From the NCBI GenBank assembly GCA_963731515.1, contig CAVSVU010000016.1, forward strand, positions 309,715 to 373,714: a stretch of DNA of 64,000 bases. The letters are read 5' to 3'. Positions within the stretch are counted from its first letter, which is position 1, and every line of letters starts with the position of its first letter. The notes beneath the pieces are model-generated. The model was not told where the DNA came from. It did no database searches and saw only the letters and a program-made list of their open reading frames with translations. The stretch comes from an uncultured Actinomycetes bacterium. Lineage in GTDB: Bacteria > Actinomycetota > Thermoleophilia > Gaiellales > JAICJC01. A program made the position numbers and the translations under genes. Below, piece by piece: positions 9,459-19,531 of this stretch.

Positions 9459-10841
9459 TCACGGATGGATGCGGCGGGCGGCCGCAACCGGTGCGGCGGC
9501 GGCGGGCACCTGGTGCAGCACCGTGGCGACGATCACGACGTCGACCGGCAGGTCTGCCGGCGTCTCGACCTCCGCCTCGGGCTGCTCGCGCTCGACGTCG
9601 CGCATCCCCGGCAGGAAGAGCGCGGCCAGCGTGATCACGCCGCCGCCGACTCCGGCGCCGACGAGCGTCAGCCGCGCGCCGATCATCTCGGTCACCGGTG
9701 CCGTGAGCGCGAACGAGAGCGGCAGCAGGCCGATCGAGATCAGCCAGTCGAGGCTCGAGACCCGGCCCAGCATCGACGCGGGCACGTGCCGCTGCTTGAG
9801 CGTCGCCCACACGATCGTCCCGGCCGTCTCGAGCGCGTTGAAGAGCAGGCAGGCGACCACGAGCTGCCAGGTGGCGGTGGCGAGCCCGTAGCCGGCCACG
9901 GCCAGCGTCGCCAGCGTCCAGACGACGTAGATGAACGTCACCTGGCGGCGCGGCTGCTCGCGCTGGCCCATGAGGATGGCGGCGCAGATCGAGCCGATGC
10001 CGCCGGCGGCGAACACGGCCCCCAGCATCCCGGCCGATCCGTGCAGCCCGTTCTTGACGACGTACGGCAGGAGCACCTCGGTCGGGCCGAGGAAGAGCAG
10101 GTAGGCGAACGCGGCCGAGACCAGCGTCCCCCAGATCCAGGTGCGGCCGCGGATGAAGCGCAGTCCGCCGCGGATGTCGGCCATCACCGAGAGCCCCTCG
10201 GGGACGTGGCGGGGCAGGGGCCGCATCGCCAGGACGGCGGCGCCGGCGGCAACGAACGACGCGGCGTCGGCGGCGAAGGCGACCCCCGGCCCGAACGCGG
10301 CGATGAGCCAGCCGCCGACGGCGGGGCCGGCCAGCCGCAGGGCGATCGGGCGCACGAACTGGTCGAGCGAGTTGGCCGCCGGCAGGTCGGACGCGGGCAG
10401 GATGTCGGGGACGAGCGCCTCGAACGCCGGCGTGAAGAACGCGGTGCCGGCGCCGTACACCATCGCCAGGGCCGCGATCTCCCAGATCTCGACCCGGCCC
10501 GTGATCGAGAGGGCGGCGAGGACGGCGATCGCGAGCGCCCGCAGCGCATCGGCGGCGAGCATGATCGCGCGCCGGCTGAGGCGATCGCTGACGACGCCGC
10601 CGGGGAGCAGGCACACGATCGTCGGCACCGTCATCGCGATCCCGACCATCGAGAGCGCGGCCGGCGCGTTCCAGACGGCGTACACCTGCCAGGCCATCGC
10701 GACCAGGAAGATCCCGTCGCCGAGCAGCGACACCGTCATGCCCGACCACAGCAGCCGGAAGTCGCGGTGCCGCAGCGGCGCGAGCAGGTTCAGCCGGGTG
10801 AACCCGCCTGGGCGGTCGAGCCCGTCGTAACTATGCTGCAT
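9459..10841 (-). CDS. MFS transporter (EntS/DUF894-like)
   Basis: ORF 9459..10841. The N-terminus reads LRHRDFRLLWSGMTVSLLGDGIF, and the protein has 12-TM MFS architecture. Confidence 0.85.
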   Translation of the reverse strand: MQHSYDGLDRPGGFTRLNLLAPLRHRDFRLLWSGMTVSLLGDGIFLVAMAWQVYAVWNAPAALSMVGIAMTVPTIVCLLPGGVVSDRLSRRAIMLAADALRALAIAVLAALSITGRVEIWEIAALAMVYGAGTAFFTPAFEALVPDILPASDLPAANSLDQFVRPIALRLAGPAVGGWLIAAFGPGVAFAADAASFVAAGAAVLAMRPLPRHVPEGLSVMADIRGGLRFIRGRTWIWGTLVSAAFAYLLFLGPTEVLLPYVVKNGLHGSAGMLGAVFAAGGIGSICAAILMGQREQPRRQVTFIYVVWTLATLAVAGYGLATATWQLVVACLLFNALETAGTIVWATLKQRHVPASMLGRVSSLDWLISIGLLPLSFALTAPVTEMIGARLTLVGAGVGGGVITLAALFLPGMRDVEREQPEAEVETPADLPVDVVIVATVLHQVPAAAAPVAAARRIHP

Positions 10842-13800
10842 CGGCTCGAGCCTCGGGCTCGGCCGATTCCCGCACGCGGTGCAGGTACTCCAGCAGGTCG
10901 AGCGGCCCCATGGCGTGGGCGTACAGGAACCCCTGGCCGAGCTCGCAGCCGAGCTCGCGCAGATGCGTCGCCTGCATCGGCTGCTCGATGCCCTCCGCCA
11001 CGACCTCGAGGTTGAGCGTCTCGCCGATCCGGACGATCGCCTGCGGCAGCGGCGAGATGGCGTCGCCGGACGTGAGGAACGAGCGATCCATCTTGAGGAT
11101 GTCGACCGGCAGCCGGCTCAGGTAGCTGAGCGACGAGTAGCCCGTGCCGAAGTCGTCCATCGCCAGCTTGATGCCGAGCGCCTTGAGCGCGTTCAGCCGG
11201 TCGACCGCGAGGTCCATGTCGGCCATCATCACGGTCTCGGTGATCTCGAGCACGAGGTGGCCGGGGTTGAACCGGGACGTCGCGAGCGCGTCGCGGACGT
11301 CGTCGACGATCGTGTCGGACTGCAGCTGCTTCACGGACAGGTTGACGCTGATCGTGAGCTGCTCGCCGGCGGCGCCGAAGCGCTCGTGCAGGGCGGCGCC
11401 CTGGCGGCAGGCCTGGTTGAGCGTCCAGCGGCCGATCGGGACGATCAGGCCCGTGCTCTCGGCCACCGGGATGAACTGCGCCGGAGGGATGGTGCCGCGG
11501 GTGGGATGGTGCCAGCGCAGCAGCGCCTCGAAGCCGTACACGGTCGTGCCGTTGAGGCGGATGACCGGCTGGTAGTGCACCTCGAGCTGGCCGGTCTCGA
11601 GCGCGCGCTGGAGGTCGGCGCGCATCTCGAGCCGCTCGACCACCTCGCGGTGCATGTCGGGCTCGAAGACGCGGTAGCTGCCCTTGCTCTCGCGCTTGGC
11701 CATGTACATGGCGACGTCGGCGTTGCGCAGCAGGTCGGCGGCGTCGGCGGTGCCGTCGCTCGTCAGGCAGAGGCCGATGCTCGCGTTGACGACCAGCTCC
11801 TTCTCGCCCATGTCGATCGGCTCGCTCAGGCCCTCGAGCACCCGCTCGGCCACGTCGACGGCCTCCTGCGAGCGCTGCACCTCCTCGACCAGGACGGCGA
11901 ACTCGTCGCCGCCGAAGCGGGCGACGGTGTCGGTCGGGCGGACGGCGTTGCGCAGGCGATGCGCGACCTCCTGCAGCACCGCGTCGCCGGACGCGTGGCC
12001 GAGGCTGTCGTTGATCGTCTTGAAGTCGTCGAGGTCGATGAAGATGACGCCGACCGTCGACTCCTCGCGGGTCGCGCGGGCGAGCGCGTGGCCGACGCGA
12101 TCGGCGAAGAGGGCCCGGTTGGCGAGGCCCGTGACGGGATCGTGGAAGGCCTGGTGCGTGAGCTGGTCCTCGTAGAGCTTGCGCTCGCTGATGTCGCGGC
12201 AGTTGAGGACGATGCCCTGCACCGACTCCTCGGCCAGCAGGTTGCGGTGGTGGATCTCGAACTGGAGCCACTCGCCGGAGCGGCTGCGCAGGCTGCACTC
12301 GACCATGCCGGAGGTGCCGGCGCCGGTCTCGGCGCTCTCGACGACCTGCATCAGCCGGGCGCGGTCGCTGGGGCGCACGAGCACGTCGAAGTGGGTGTCC
12401 AGGACGTCGTCGACCGCGTAGCCGAGCACCTCTTCGATGGCGGGGCTCTGGTAGACGATCGTGCCGCTGCGGTCGAGCACCGCGATCAGGTCGCTCGAGT
12501 GCTCGAGCAGCGCGCGGAAGCGGGCCTCGCTGCGGCCGCGGTGCAGCTCCTCGGCCATGACCGCGCCGTCGATGGCGAGCGACATCGGCGCGGCCAGCGT
12601 CTCGAGGGAGACGGCGAGCTCGGTGCCGTGGGTGCCGGGGACGCCGGCGAGCAGGAAGGTGCGGCTGGCGGTGCGGCCGGCGAGGGCGATCAGGGCGTAT
12701 CCGGCGTCGCGGGCCAGGCCGAGCTCGTCGAGCAGCTCGCCGGGCACGGAGACCCAGCGGACCCGGGCGTTGTCCGTCCCGGCCGCCGCGCTCAGCCACG
12801 CCCGCACGGCGGGCGACACGACATCCTCGGCGGGATCCTCGTGCAGCGAGATGAGGCGCGTGTCGGCGCTCTCGCCGCCCAGCTCTCGCACGGCGGCGGT
12901 CGCGGCGGCGCCCATCTGGTCGATGTCGGCGGCGCCCACGAGTGCCGCGCCGGCGCGGCGCAGCGCGCGCTGGCGGGCGACCGCCCGCTCCTCCTGGCGC
13001 ACCAGGCCGGACATGCGCGCCAGCACGAGCAGGAACATGATCATCGAGGCGATGATCACGACGAGCACGTCGGTGTTGCCCCACTCCTGGTAGAAGCGGA
13101 TGCCCGGCGCGACCAGGCAGGCCACGCACAGGAAGGCGAGGCGCAGCGGCGTCAGCCGGGTGCGATCCTCGACCGGCTGCTCGAGGGTGCGCATCGACGG
13201 ATGCAGCGCGGCGGCGCCCCAGAGCAGGTAGTAGAAGATCCAGCCCACATCGAGGATCACCTGGCCGTCGTAGGTGCCGTCGAGGAGCATGCGGTTGTAG
13301 ACCGAGTCGGTCGTGAGCAGGCAGACGATGCTGCCGGCGAGCAGGTAGAAGGCGGGGGCGCGGACGCCGCGGTCGACCGCGAGGCGGATCGCCGCGGCGA
13401 GCAGGAGGATGTCGCCGACGGGATAGGCGATCGACACGGCCTCGGGCAGCCAGTTGCCGCCGAGCTGGATGTTCGGGGCGATCAGGAACACCCACGAGAG
13501 CAGGGCGATGCCCAGGGTGAGGATGAGCGAGTCGATGGCGCCGGCCCGGTCGGTGCGCGGGTTGCGCCGCCGCACCAGCAGGAGCAGGCCGGCCATGAGG
13601 GCCGGGTACACCGTCAGGTAGAGGCCGTCGCCGGGCGAGGGGAAGCCGACCTGCAGGCCGAACAGGCTGGGCAGGCTGTACGTGTAGAAGTCGCCGACGA
13701 GGAAGAGCGTCTGGCCGAGGGCGAGCAGGCTCCAGGCCACGACCGCCTTCGGGCGGTGCATGCGCATGCCGGCGAGGATGGCGGCCACGCCCGAGAAGCC

Positions 13801-13965
13801 GAGCGCGTTGATGATCGGGCCGTGGATGGCGCTGCCGCGCTGGAAGATCGGCACGACGGCGTAGAGGTACGTGAAGAACGAGCCGGCCAGCAGGTACCAG
13901 AGCCAGACGGTGCGCGGCGAGAGCGGCCAGAGCGCCCCGCGGATGGACTGGGTCAGGCGGGTCAC
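10831..13965 (-). CDS. polytopic membrane sensor with PAS, GGDEF and EAL domains (c-di-GMP turnover)
   Basis: GTG at 13965 preceded by GGGAGG; it overlaps the upstream stop (GTGA). About 10 TM helices are followed by a GAF-like segment, PAS, RFGGDEF, and EAL motifs (EALLRW, DDFGTGYSS). Confidence 0.9.
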   Translation of the reverse strand: MTRLTQSIRGALWPLSPRTVWLWYLLAGSFFTYLYAVVPIFQRGSAIHGPIINALGFSGVAAILAGMRMHRPKAVVAWSLLALGQTLFLVGDFYTYSLPSLFGLQVGFPSPGDGLYLTVYPALMAGLLLLVRRRNPRTDRAGAIDSLILTLGIALLSWVFLIAPNIQLGGNWLPEAVSIAYPVGDILLLAAAIRLAVDRGVRAPAFYLLAGSIVCLLTTDSVYNRMLLDGTYDGQVILDVGWIFYYLLWGAAALHPSMRTLEQPVEDRTRLTPLRLAFLCVACLVAPGIRFYQEWGNTDVLVVIIASMIMFLLVLARMSGLVRQEERAVARQRALRRAGAALVGAADIDQMGAAATAAVRELGGESADTRLISLHEDPAEDVVSPAVRAWLSAAAGTDNARVRWVSVPGELLDELGLARDAGYALIALAGRTASRTFLLAGVPGTHGTELAVSLETLAAPMSLAIDGAVMAEELHRGRSEARFRALLEHSSDLIAVLDRSGTIVYQSPAIEEVLGYAVDDVLDTHFDVLVRPSDRARLMQVVESAETGAGTSGMVECSLRSRSGEWLQFEIHHRNLLAEESVQGIVLNCRDISERKLYEDQLTHQAFHDPVTGLANRALFADRVGHALARATREESTVGVIFIDLDDFKTINDSLGHASGDAVLQEVAHRLRNAVRPTDTVARFGGDEFAVLVEEVQRSQEAVDVAERVLEGLSEPIDMGEKELVVNASIGLCLTSDGTADAADLLRNADVAMYMAKRESKGSYRVFEPDMHREVVERLEMRADLQRALETGQLEVHYQPVIRLNGTTVYGFEALLRWHHPTRGTIPPAQFIPVAESTGLIVPIGRWTLNQACRQGAALHERFGAAGEQLTISVNLSVKQLQSDTIVDDVRDALATSRFNPGHLVLEITETVMMADMDLAVDRLNALKALGIKLAMDDFGTGYSSLSYLSRLPVDILKMDRSFLTSGDAISPLPQAIVRIGETLNLEVVAEGIEQPMQATHLRELGCELGQGFLYAHAMGPLDLLEYLHRVRESAEPEARADAA

Positions 13966-15239
13966 GCGGCCTCCCGGAGATCGTCGGGGCGCTGCAGCTC
14001 GAAGCGCTGCGCGAGCCGGCCGAGGACGTCGATGAGCTCGTCGATCTCGTCGTCGCCGTTGGCGGCGGTGACCTGGATCCGGAAGCCGACCTCGTCCTTG
14101 GGGACGAGCGGGTAGGCGGCCAGGGTGACGTAGATGCCGTTGTCGAAGAGGAACCGCCCGACCGCGCCGATGTCGCGGTGGTCGCTGAGCGGGATCTCGA
14201 TGATGGGGAAGCCGGAGTGGTTGAGCGTGCGCACGCCGATGCGGCGCAGGGCCTCGAGGACGCGGCCGGTGCGCTCGTAGAGCGTCCGGCGCAGCTCGTC
14301 GCCGCGGCGCTCGTTCACGTCGAAGCCGGCGAGCGTGGTCGCGAGCGAGGCCACCGGCGGCGGGCCGGAGTACAGGTAGGGCGGCGCGGCCGTCTTCAGC
14401 ATCTCCTTGAGCGGCGTCGGGCAGGCGATGAACGCGGCGAGGGACGAGTAGGCCTTCGAGAAGCCGCCGACGAGGATGAGGCCCTCGTAGGACTCGTCGA
14501 GGTGGCGGACGATGCTGTTCCCGCGCGACCCGTACGGGGAGAGCTCGGAGGGGGAGCGCTCGCCGATCACGCCGAAGCCGTGGGCGTCGTCGACGTAGAG
14601 GAGCGCGCCGTGGCGGCGGGTGACGCGGGCGAACGCGGCCAGGTCGGGGGCGTTCCCCGTGATGCTGTTCACGCCGTCCATGCACACGAGGCGGTGGTCG
14701 GAGCGGTCCTCGATCAGCAGCCGCTCGAGGTCGTCGGGATCCTCGAAGCGGAACCGCTTCAGCGTGGCCCCGCGGGCGACGGCGAACTGGCAGCCGTCGT
14801 AGATCGTCTTGTGCGCGCGGCTGTCCATGAACACCGTGCCGCCGGCGGCGAGCACCGGGATCACGGCCATGTGGATGTGGGTGATGGTGGGCAGGACGAG
14901 GGCGTCCTCGCAGCCGAGCAGCTCGGTCAGGCGCTCCTCGATGTCGCCGAAGAGCGTCGGGCTGCCCAGGAGGCGCGACCAGCTCGGGTGCGTGCCCCAC
15001 CGCTCGACCTGGGCCGGGATCGAGTCCATGATCTCGCGGTCGAGGTCGAACCCGAGGTAGTTGCACGAGGCGAAGTCGGCCAGCCACTGGTCGCCGACGC
15101 GGATCCGCCGCCCGTCGATCTCATCGATCACGGCGTCGGTCATCGGGTTCGAGCGCTTGAGCTCGTCCAGATCTGCACAGGCCGCCAGCCATCGGTCAAT
15201 CCACTTGACCTCACCGCTGGTCCGCCTGCGCTCTGGCAT
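13962..15239 (-). CDS. PLP-dependent alpha-oxoamine synthase family acyltransferase (BioF/Kbl/SPT/CqsA-like)
   Basis: Part of ORF 13962..15659, with ATG at 15239 (alternative 15143). Motifs SCNYLGF, DDAHGFG and GGFSKAY (the PLP lysine) are present. Confidence 0.85.
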   Translation of the reverse strand: MPERRRTSGEVKWIDRWLAACADLDELKRSNPMTDAVIDEIDGRRIRVGDQWLADFASCNYLGFDLDREIMDSIPAQVERWGTHPSWSRLLGSPTLFGDIEERLTELLGCEDALVLPTITHIHMAVIPVLAAGGTVFMDSRAHKTIYDGCQFAVARGATLKRFRFEDPDDLERLLIEDRSDHRLVCMDGVNSITGNAPDLAAFARVTRRHGALLYVDDAHGFGVIGERSPSELSPYGSRGNSIVRHLDESYEGLILVGGFSKAYSSLAAFIACPTPLKEMLKTAAPPYLYSGPPPVASLATTLAGFDVNERRGDELRRTLYERTGRVLEALRRIGVRTLNHSGFPIIEIPLSDHRDIGAVGRFLFDNGIYVTLAAYPLVPKDEVGFRIQVTAANGDDEIDELIDVLGRLAQRFELQRPDDLREAA

Positions 15240-15417
15240 GCGGCGACGATCGGAGTTCACAGGCGGGGTATCGGCGGTGGCCACGAGTTCTTGAGGACGG
15301 AGGGAGCGAGATGCGCAGGCGAGGCGGAGGCGGGGTTTTGCCTGCATCTCATGCATCGGCGCCGCGAGGGCCGGGATCGTCCCCCTTCCGGGGGGCGAGC
15401 GGCTAGCTTTCCGCTCT

Positions 15418-16203
15418 GTGTCGGGGACACGCGCGATCCGGGTCGGAGTACAGGTGCAGCCCCAGCACGGCACGATCGGGGCGATGCGCGACACGTGGCT
15501 GCGGGCCGAGGAGCTCGGCGCCGACACGGTCTTCACGTGGGACCACTTCCATCCGCTGTCCGGCGACCCGGACGGCAACCACTTCGAGTGCTGGACGTGG
15601 CTCGGCGCGATGGCCGAGGCGACGGAGCGGGTGGAGATCGGCGCGCTCGTCTCCTGCAACGGCTACCGCAACCCGGAGCTCCTGACCGACATGGCGCGGA
15701 CGGTCGACCACATCTCCGGCGGGCGGCTGATCCTGGGCATCGGATCAGGCTGGTTCGAGCGCGACTACGACGAGTTCGGCTACGAGTTCGGGACGGCGCC
15801 GTCGCGGCTGCGCGACCTCGACGCCGCCATGCCCCGCATCAACTCGCGCATGGCGAAGCTCACGCCCCCGCCGGTGCGAAACCCGATGCCGATCATGATC
15901 GGCGGCGGGGGCGAGCGCGTCACGCTGCGCATCGTCGCCCAGCACGCCGACATCTGGAACGGCTTCGGCGACCCCGAGCGGGCCGCGCACAAGTGCGCCG
16001 TCCTCGACGACTGGTGCCGGCGCGTCGGCCGCGACCCGGCCGAGATCGAGCGCTCCATCGGCGGCATCCGGCCGGCCTCGCTGCCCCACCTCGACGGCTA
16101 CCTCGACGCCGGCGTGACCCACCTGATCATGGGCATCAGCGGCCCGGAGTGGGATCTCAGCCTGCTGCCGAAGCTGGTCGAATGGCGAGACTCTCACCGC
16201 TGA
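15418..16203 (+). CDS. LLM-class F420-dependent oxidoreductase
   Basis: ORF 15418..16203. Luciferase-like monooxygenase pattern ([27 protein letters not shown]). Confidence 0.85.
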   Translation: MSGTRAIRVGVQVQPQHGTIGAMRDTWLRAEELGADTVFTWDHFHPLSGDPDGNHFECWTWLGAMAEATERVEIGALVSCNGYRNPELLTDMARTVDHISGGRLILGIGSGWFERDYDEFGYEFGTAPSRLRDLDAAMPRINSRMAKLTPPPVRNPMPIMIGGGGERVTLRIVAQHADIWNGFGDPERAAHKCAVLDDWCRRVGRDPAEIERSIGGIRPASLPHLDGYLDAGVTHLIMGISGPEWDLSLLPKLVEWRDSHR

Positions 16204-17149
16204 CAGGAAGCTCGACCGGCAGCCGGTGGAGCAGGGCGATCGTGGCCCAGAGGACGGCGAACCCGGCCAGCTGGGTCGGGCTCACGGACGCGTCGAGCAC
16301 GAAGTAGTTCACGACGAGCGCCGTCGCCGGGAAGGCCAGCTCGGCGAACGTCGCCACCGACGCCGGGGTGTGGACCAGGCCGCGGTAGTAGAGCAGGAGC
16401 GCGAAGAGGCCGGGGACGAGCGCGAGCCCGACCAGCCGCGTCCAGTCGGAGGCGTCGGCGGACGCCGGCGGCGCGACGGCGCCCTCGTAGAGGGCGATCA
16501 CGGCCAGCAGCGGCAGCGCCAGCGTGAAGCGGACCGCGGTCACGAGCTGCGGCTCGAGCGAGACGAGCGTGCGCCGTCCGAATGCCGTCGCGGCGCCCCA
16601 CAGCGCCGCCGCCACGAGCGCCAGCAGGGCCGCCCGGCCCTGCGCCCCGGTGAACGCCTCGGCCGGGGCCATGGTGCCGAACGAGAGCAGGTAGGTGCCG
16701 ACGAGCGCCGGTACGAGGTACCAGCCCAGCCTGCGCACCGGCCGCTCCCCCATCACCACCGCCGCGGCGGCGATCGCCCACAGCGGCTGGGTCTTCTGCA
16801 GGAGCACGACGACGTCGGGGTTGCCGTATTCGAAGGCCGTGGTGAACGCGAGCGTCGCCAGGGCCGAGCCACCCCACGCGACACCGAATGCCGCCAGCCA
16901 TCCGCCCCGATCGAGCCGGCCCAGGCTGTGCCGGTGCCGGATCAGGAACGGCGCCACGATCGCGGTCAGGATCACGTGCTCGTAGAGCACGATCGTGTAA
17001 GGCGACCAGCGCACGACCGGCGAGACGAGCGGCTGGCGGAACGCGCCGTCCGTCCCCCAGAGCGCAGCGCCGATCGCGACGAGCGCGACGCTCGCCACCG
17101 GCGCGGTGAAGATCGCTCGCCTGCTGTTCACGAGCCCGGTGTCCCCCAT
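16157..17149 (-). CDS. DMT/EamA family transporter
   Basis: ORF 16157..17188, trimmed to the ATG at 17149. It has 10 TM helices in two EamA-like halves. Its 3' end overlaps the convergent LLM gene by 47 nt. Confidence 0.8.
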   Translation of the reverse strand: MGDTGLVNSRRAIFTAPVASVALVAIGAALWGTDGAFRQPLVSPVVRWSPYTIVLYEHVILTAIVAPFLIRHRHSLGRLDRGGWLAAFGVAWGGSALATLAFTTAFEYGNPDVVVLLQKTQPLWAIAAAAVVMGERPVRRLGWYLVPALVGTYLLSFGTMAPAEAFTGAQGRAALLALVAAALWGAATAFGRRTLVSLEPQLVTAVRFTLALPLLAVIALYEGAVAPPASADASDWTRLVGLALVPGLFALLLYYRGLVHTPASVATFAELAFPATALVVNYFVLDASVSPTQLAGFAVLWATIALLHRLPVELPVSGESLAIRPASAAG

Positions 17150-17190
17150 CCGTCGCATCCGGCCCCTCGGAGCGGCCATGATACGCACGC

Positions 17191-18135
17191 ATGCCCGAAC
17201 GTCGCGTAACGGTGCTCGCCGGAGGCGTCGGCGGGGCGCGGTTCCTCCAGGGACTCCTCGAGGTCGTGGACCCTGCGGCGGTCACGATCGTCGGCAACGT
17301 CGGCGACGACCTCGAGCCCTACGGGCTGCACGTCTCGCCCGACCTCGACACCGTGCTCTACACCCTCACGGGCCGCATCGACCCGGAGAAGGGCTGGGGC
17401 GTGCTCGGCGACACCCCGCGGGCGCTCGAGCAGGCCCGCGCGCTCGGGGCGGAGGCGTGGTTCTGGCTCGGCGACCTCGACCTGGGGCTGCACCTGGCCC
17501 GCACCGAGATGCTGCGGGCGGGCCTCCCGCTGCACACCGTCACCGCGCGGCTGGCGGCGGCGATGGGCCTCGAGGCGGCGCTGATCCCGGCGACGGACGA
17601 CCGGCTGCGGACGATGGTCACGATCCCCGCCGGCGAGGTCGACTTCCAGACGTACTATGTCCGCCGCGCGCACGCCGACCCGGTCTCGCGAATCCGCTTC
17701 GACGGCGCCGAGGCGGCCCGGCCCGCCCCCGGCGTGCTCGAGGCGATCGCCGCCGCGGACGTCGTCGTGATCGCGCCGTCCAATCCGTTCATCTCGATCG
17801 ACCCCATCCTGGCCGTGCCCGGGATCCGCGCCGCCGTCGCCGCCCGCCGCGAGCGCGTCGTCGCCGTGAGCCCGATCGTCGCCGGGCGGGCGCTGCGGGG
17901 GCCGGCGGCCGGGATGCTCGAGACGCTCGGCCACGAGACCTCCGTCGTCGGCGTGGCCGAGCTCTACCGGTCGCTGGCGGGGACGCTCGTGATCGACGAC
18001 GAGGACGCCCCGGCCGCAGCCCGGGTCGAGCGGCTGGGGCTGCGTGCCCGCGTGACGGCGACCGTCATGGCGAACCTGGACGCCAGCCGCGCCCTCGCGG
18101 CGCAGACGCTCGCCGCCGGCGGGCTCGCTCCGTGA
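17191..18135 (+). CDS. cofD: 2-phospho-L-lactate transferase (F420 biosynthesis)
   Basis: ORF 17191..18135. The protein is CofD/FbiA-like throughout (VLAGGVGGARF, GNVGDD, SNPFISI). Confidence 0.92.
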   Translation: MPERRVTVLAGGVGGARFLQGLLEVVDPAAVTIVGNVGDDLEPYGLHVSPDLDTVLYTLTGRIDPEKGWGVLGDTPRALEQARALGAEAWFWLGDLDLGLHLARTEMLRAGLPLHTVTARLAAAMGLEAALIPATDDRLRTMVTIPAGEVDFQTYYVRRAHADPVSRIRFDGAEAARPAPGVLEAIAAADVVVIAPSNPFISIDPILAVPGIRAAVAARRERVVAVSPIVAGRALRGPAAGMLETLGHETSVVGVAELYRSLAGTLVIDDEDAPAAARVERLGLRARVTATVMANLDASRALAAQTLAAGGLAP

Positions 18136-18870
18136 CCGACCGGATCGAGGTGATACCGCTGGCCGCGGCCGGCGAGATCGAGGCCGGCGCCGACCTGGCA
18201 GTCGCTGGTGCTCGCGGCCGCGCCGCCGCTGCGCGACGGCGACGTGGTGGTCGTCGCCCACAAGGCCGTCTCGAAGAGCGAGGGCCGCATGGTCGACCTG
18301 GCGACCGTGACGCCGTCGGCGCGGGCGCTGGAGCTCTCGGCCGAGGGCGGCGATCCCCGCATGGCCGAGCTCGTGCTGCGCGAGAGCCGCCGCATCGTCC
18401 GCCGCCGCGCCGGCCTCCTGATCGCCGAGACGCACCACGGCTTCGTGTGCGCGAGCGCAGGCATCGACCGCTCGAACGGCCCCGCGGCCGGCTGGGCCGT
18501 GCTGCTCCCCGTCGACCCGGACGCCTCCGCCGCCCGGCTGCGCGCGGAGCTCGAGCGCCGCGCCGCGGTGCGGCTCGCGGTGGTGGTCGCCGACACTATG
18601 GGGCGGGCGCTGCGGCGGGGGATCGTCGGCACCGCCATCGGCGCGAGCGGGCTCGACGCGCTGCGCAGCTATGCCGGGACGGTCGACCCGGCGGGCTACG
18701 AGCTCCGCACGACCGCCGTCGCCGTCGCCGACGAGCTGGCCTCGGCGGCCGACCTCGTCCTCGGCAAGCTCGAGCGGGTGCCCGCGGCGCTCATCCGCGG
18801 CTTCGAGGCTCGCGGGGAGGGCAGCGGCCGCGACCTGATCCGCGACCCCGCCGAGGACCTGTTCAGGTGA
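18132..18870 (+). pseudogene. cofE: F420-0:gamma-glutamyl ligase (stand-alone CofE), frame interrupted (+1) near 18198-18201
   Basis: GTG at 18132 overlaps the cofD stop (GTGA) and encodes VTDRIEVIPLAAAGEIEAGADLA. The rest (..SLVLAAAPPLRDGDVVVVAHKAVSKSEGR..) is in the next frame (track ORF 18208..18870). Confidence 0.85.
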
Positions 18871-19466
18871 GGCAGGCCGCCGCCGAGAGGCGGCGGACGG
18901 CGGCGAGGTCGGCCGGCGTGTCGACGTCGCGCGCGATCCCCGGCCGGTCGAGCGACGACCACGTCGAGCCCGTGCTCGCGGGCACGGGCGGCGTGCACGG
19001 ACGCGCTTCCGGCGGCGCCGAAGGCGGGCACGAGAACGGGCGCGGGACAGACCCACAGCGCGTTCGTCCCGCCGTCGTGGGCGCGGCCGATGACGGCGGT
19101 CGCCGCCGCTCCGGCGTCGACCAGCGCGGCCACGTCGGCGGCGTCGACCAGGGGCAGGTCGCCGGCCAGGTAGAGCACCGCCGCCGCCGGCCGTTCGAGC
19201 AGCGAGCGGGCGTGCACCAGCCCCTCGTTCCAGGGCAGACCGCCGTCGGAGACGCACCCCACCCCCAGCCTGCGGGCGAGCTCCGGCGCGGACGGGTCGG
19301 AGCTCGCGAGGGCGACCCGGCCGGCGCCGGCGCGGACGGCCGCCCGGGCGACCCGGGCGAGCATCCCCGCCATGAGCCGCCCGCGCTCCGTCTCGGTCAG
19401 CGCCGGCGCGAGCCGTGTCTTGGCCGCGTCGAGCCGCTTCAGCGGGATGAGGACGTCCGTCTCCAC
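18863..19466 (-). pseudogene. cofC: 2-phospho-L-lactate guanylyltransferase (CofC/FbiD), frame interrupted (+1) near 18950-18955
   Basis: ORF 18696..19466 is CofC-like up to ..EHGLDVVV. The expected end (LDRPGIARDVDTPADLAAVRRLSAAACLT*) lies in the next frame and stops near 18863. Confidence 0.8.
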
Positions 19467-19486
19467 CCCGGCATCGTACGTGCCTG

Positions 19487-19520
19487 GGGACTGTCCCCGA
19501 TTGACCGGGGACAGTCCCCG
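19487..19520 (-). terminator. 14-bp hairpin built from two copies of the palindrome GGGGACWGTCCCC
   Basis: GGGGACTGTCCCCG-attgac-CGGGGACAGTCCCC. It sits 12 nt downstream of the LamG gene stop and has no U-tract. Confidence 0.5.
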
Positions 19521-19531
19521 TCACGTCGTCG

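Noticed and set aside
15300-15350. An imperfect hairpin GAGATGCGCAGG..CCTGCATCTC upstream of the PLP-enzyme/GGDEF-EAL operon, considered as a c-di-GMP or other riboswitch.
   Set aside because: I could not recognise any conserved riboswitch core (for example GEMM-type motifs). The stem has a bulge and the element lies in a divergent promoter region. I left it uncalled.
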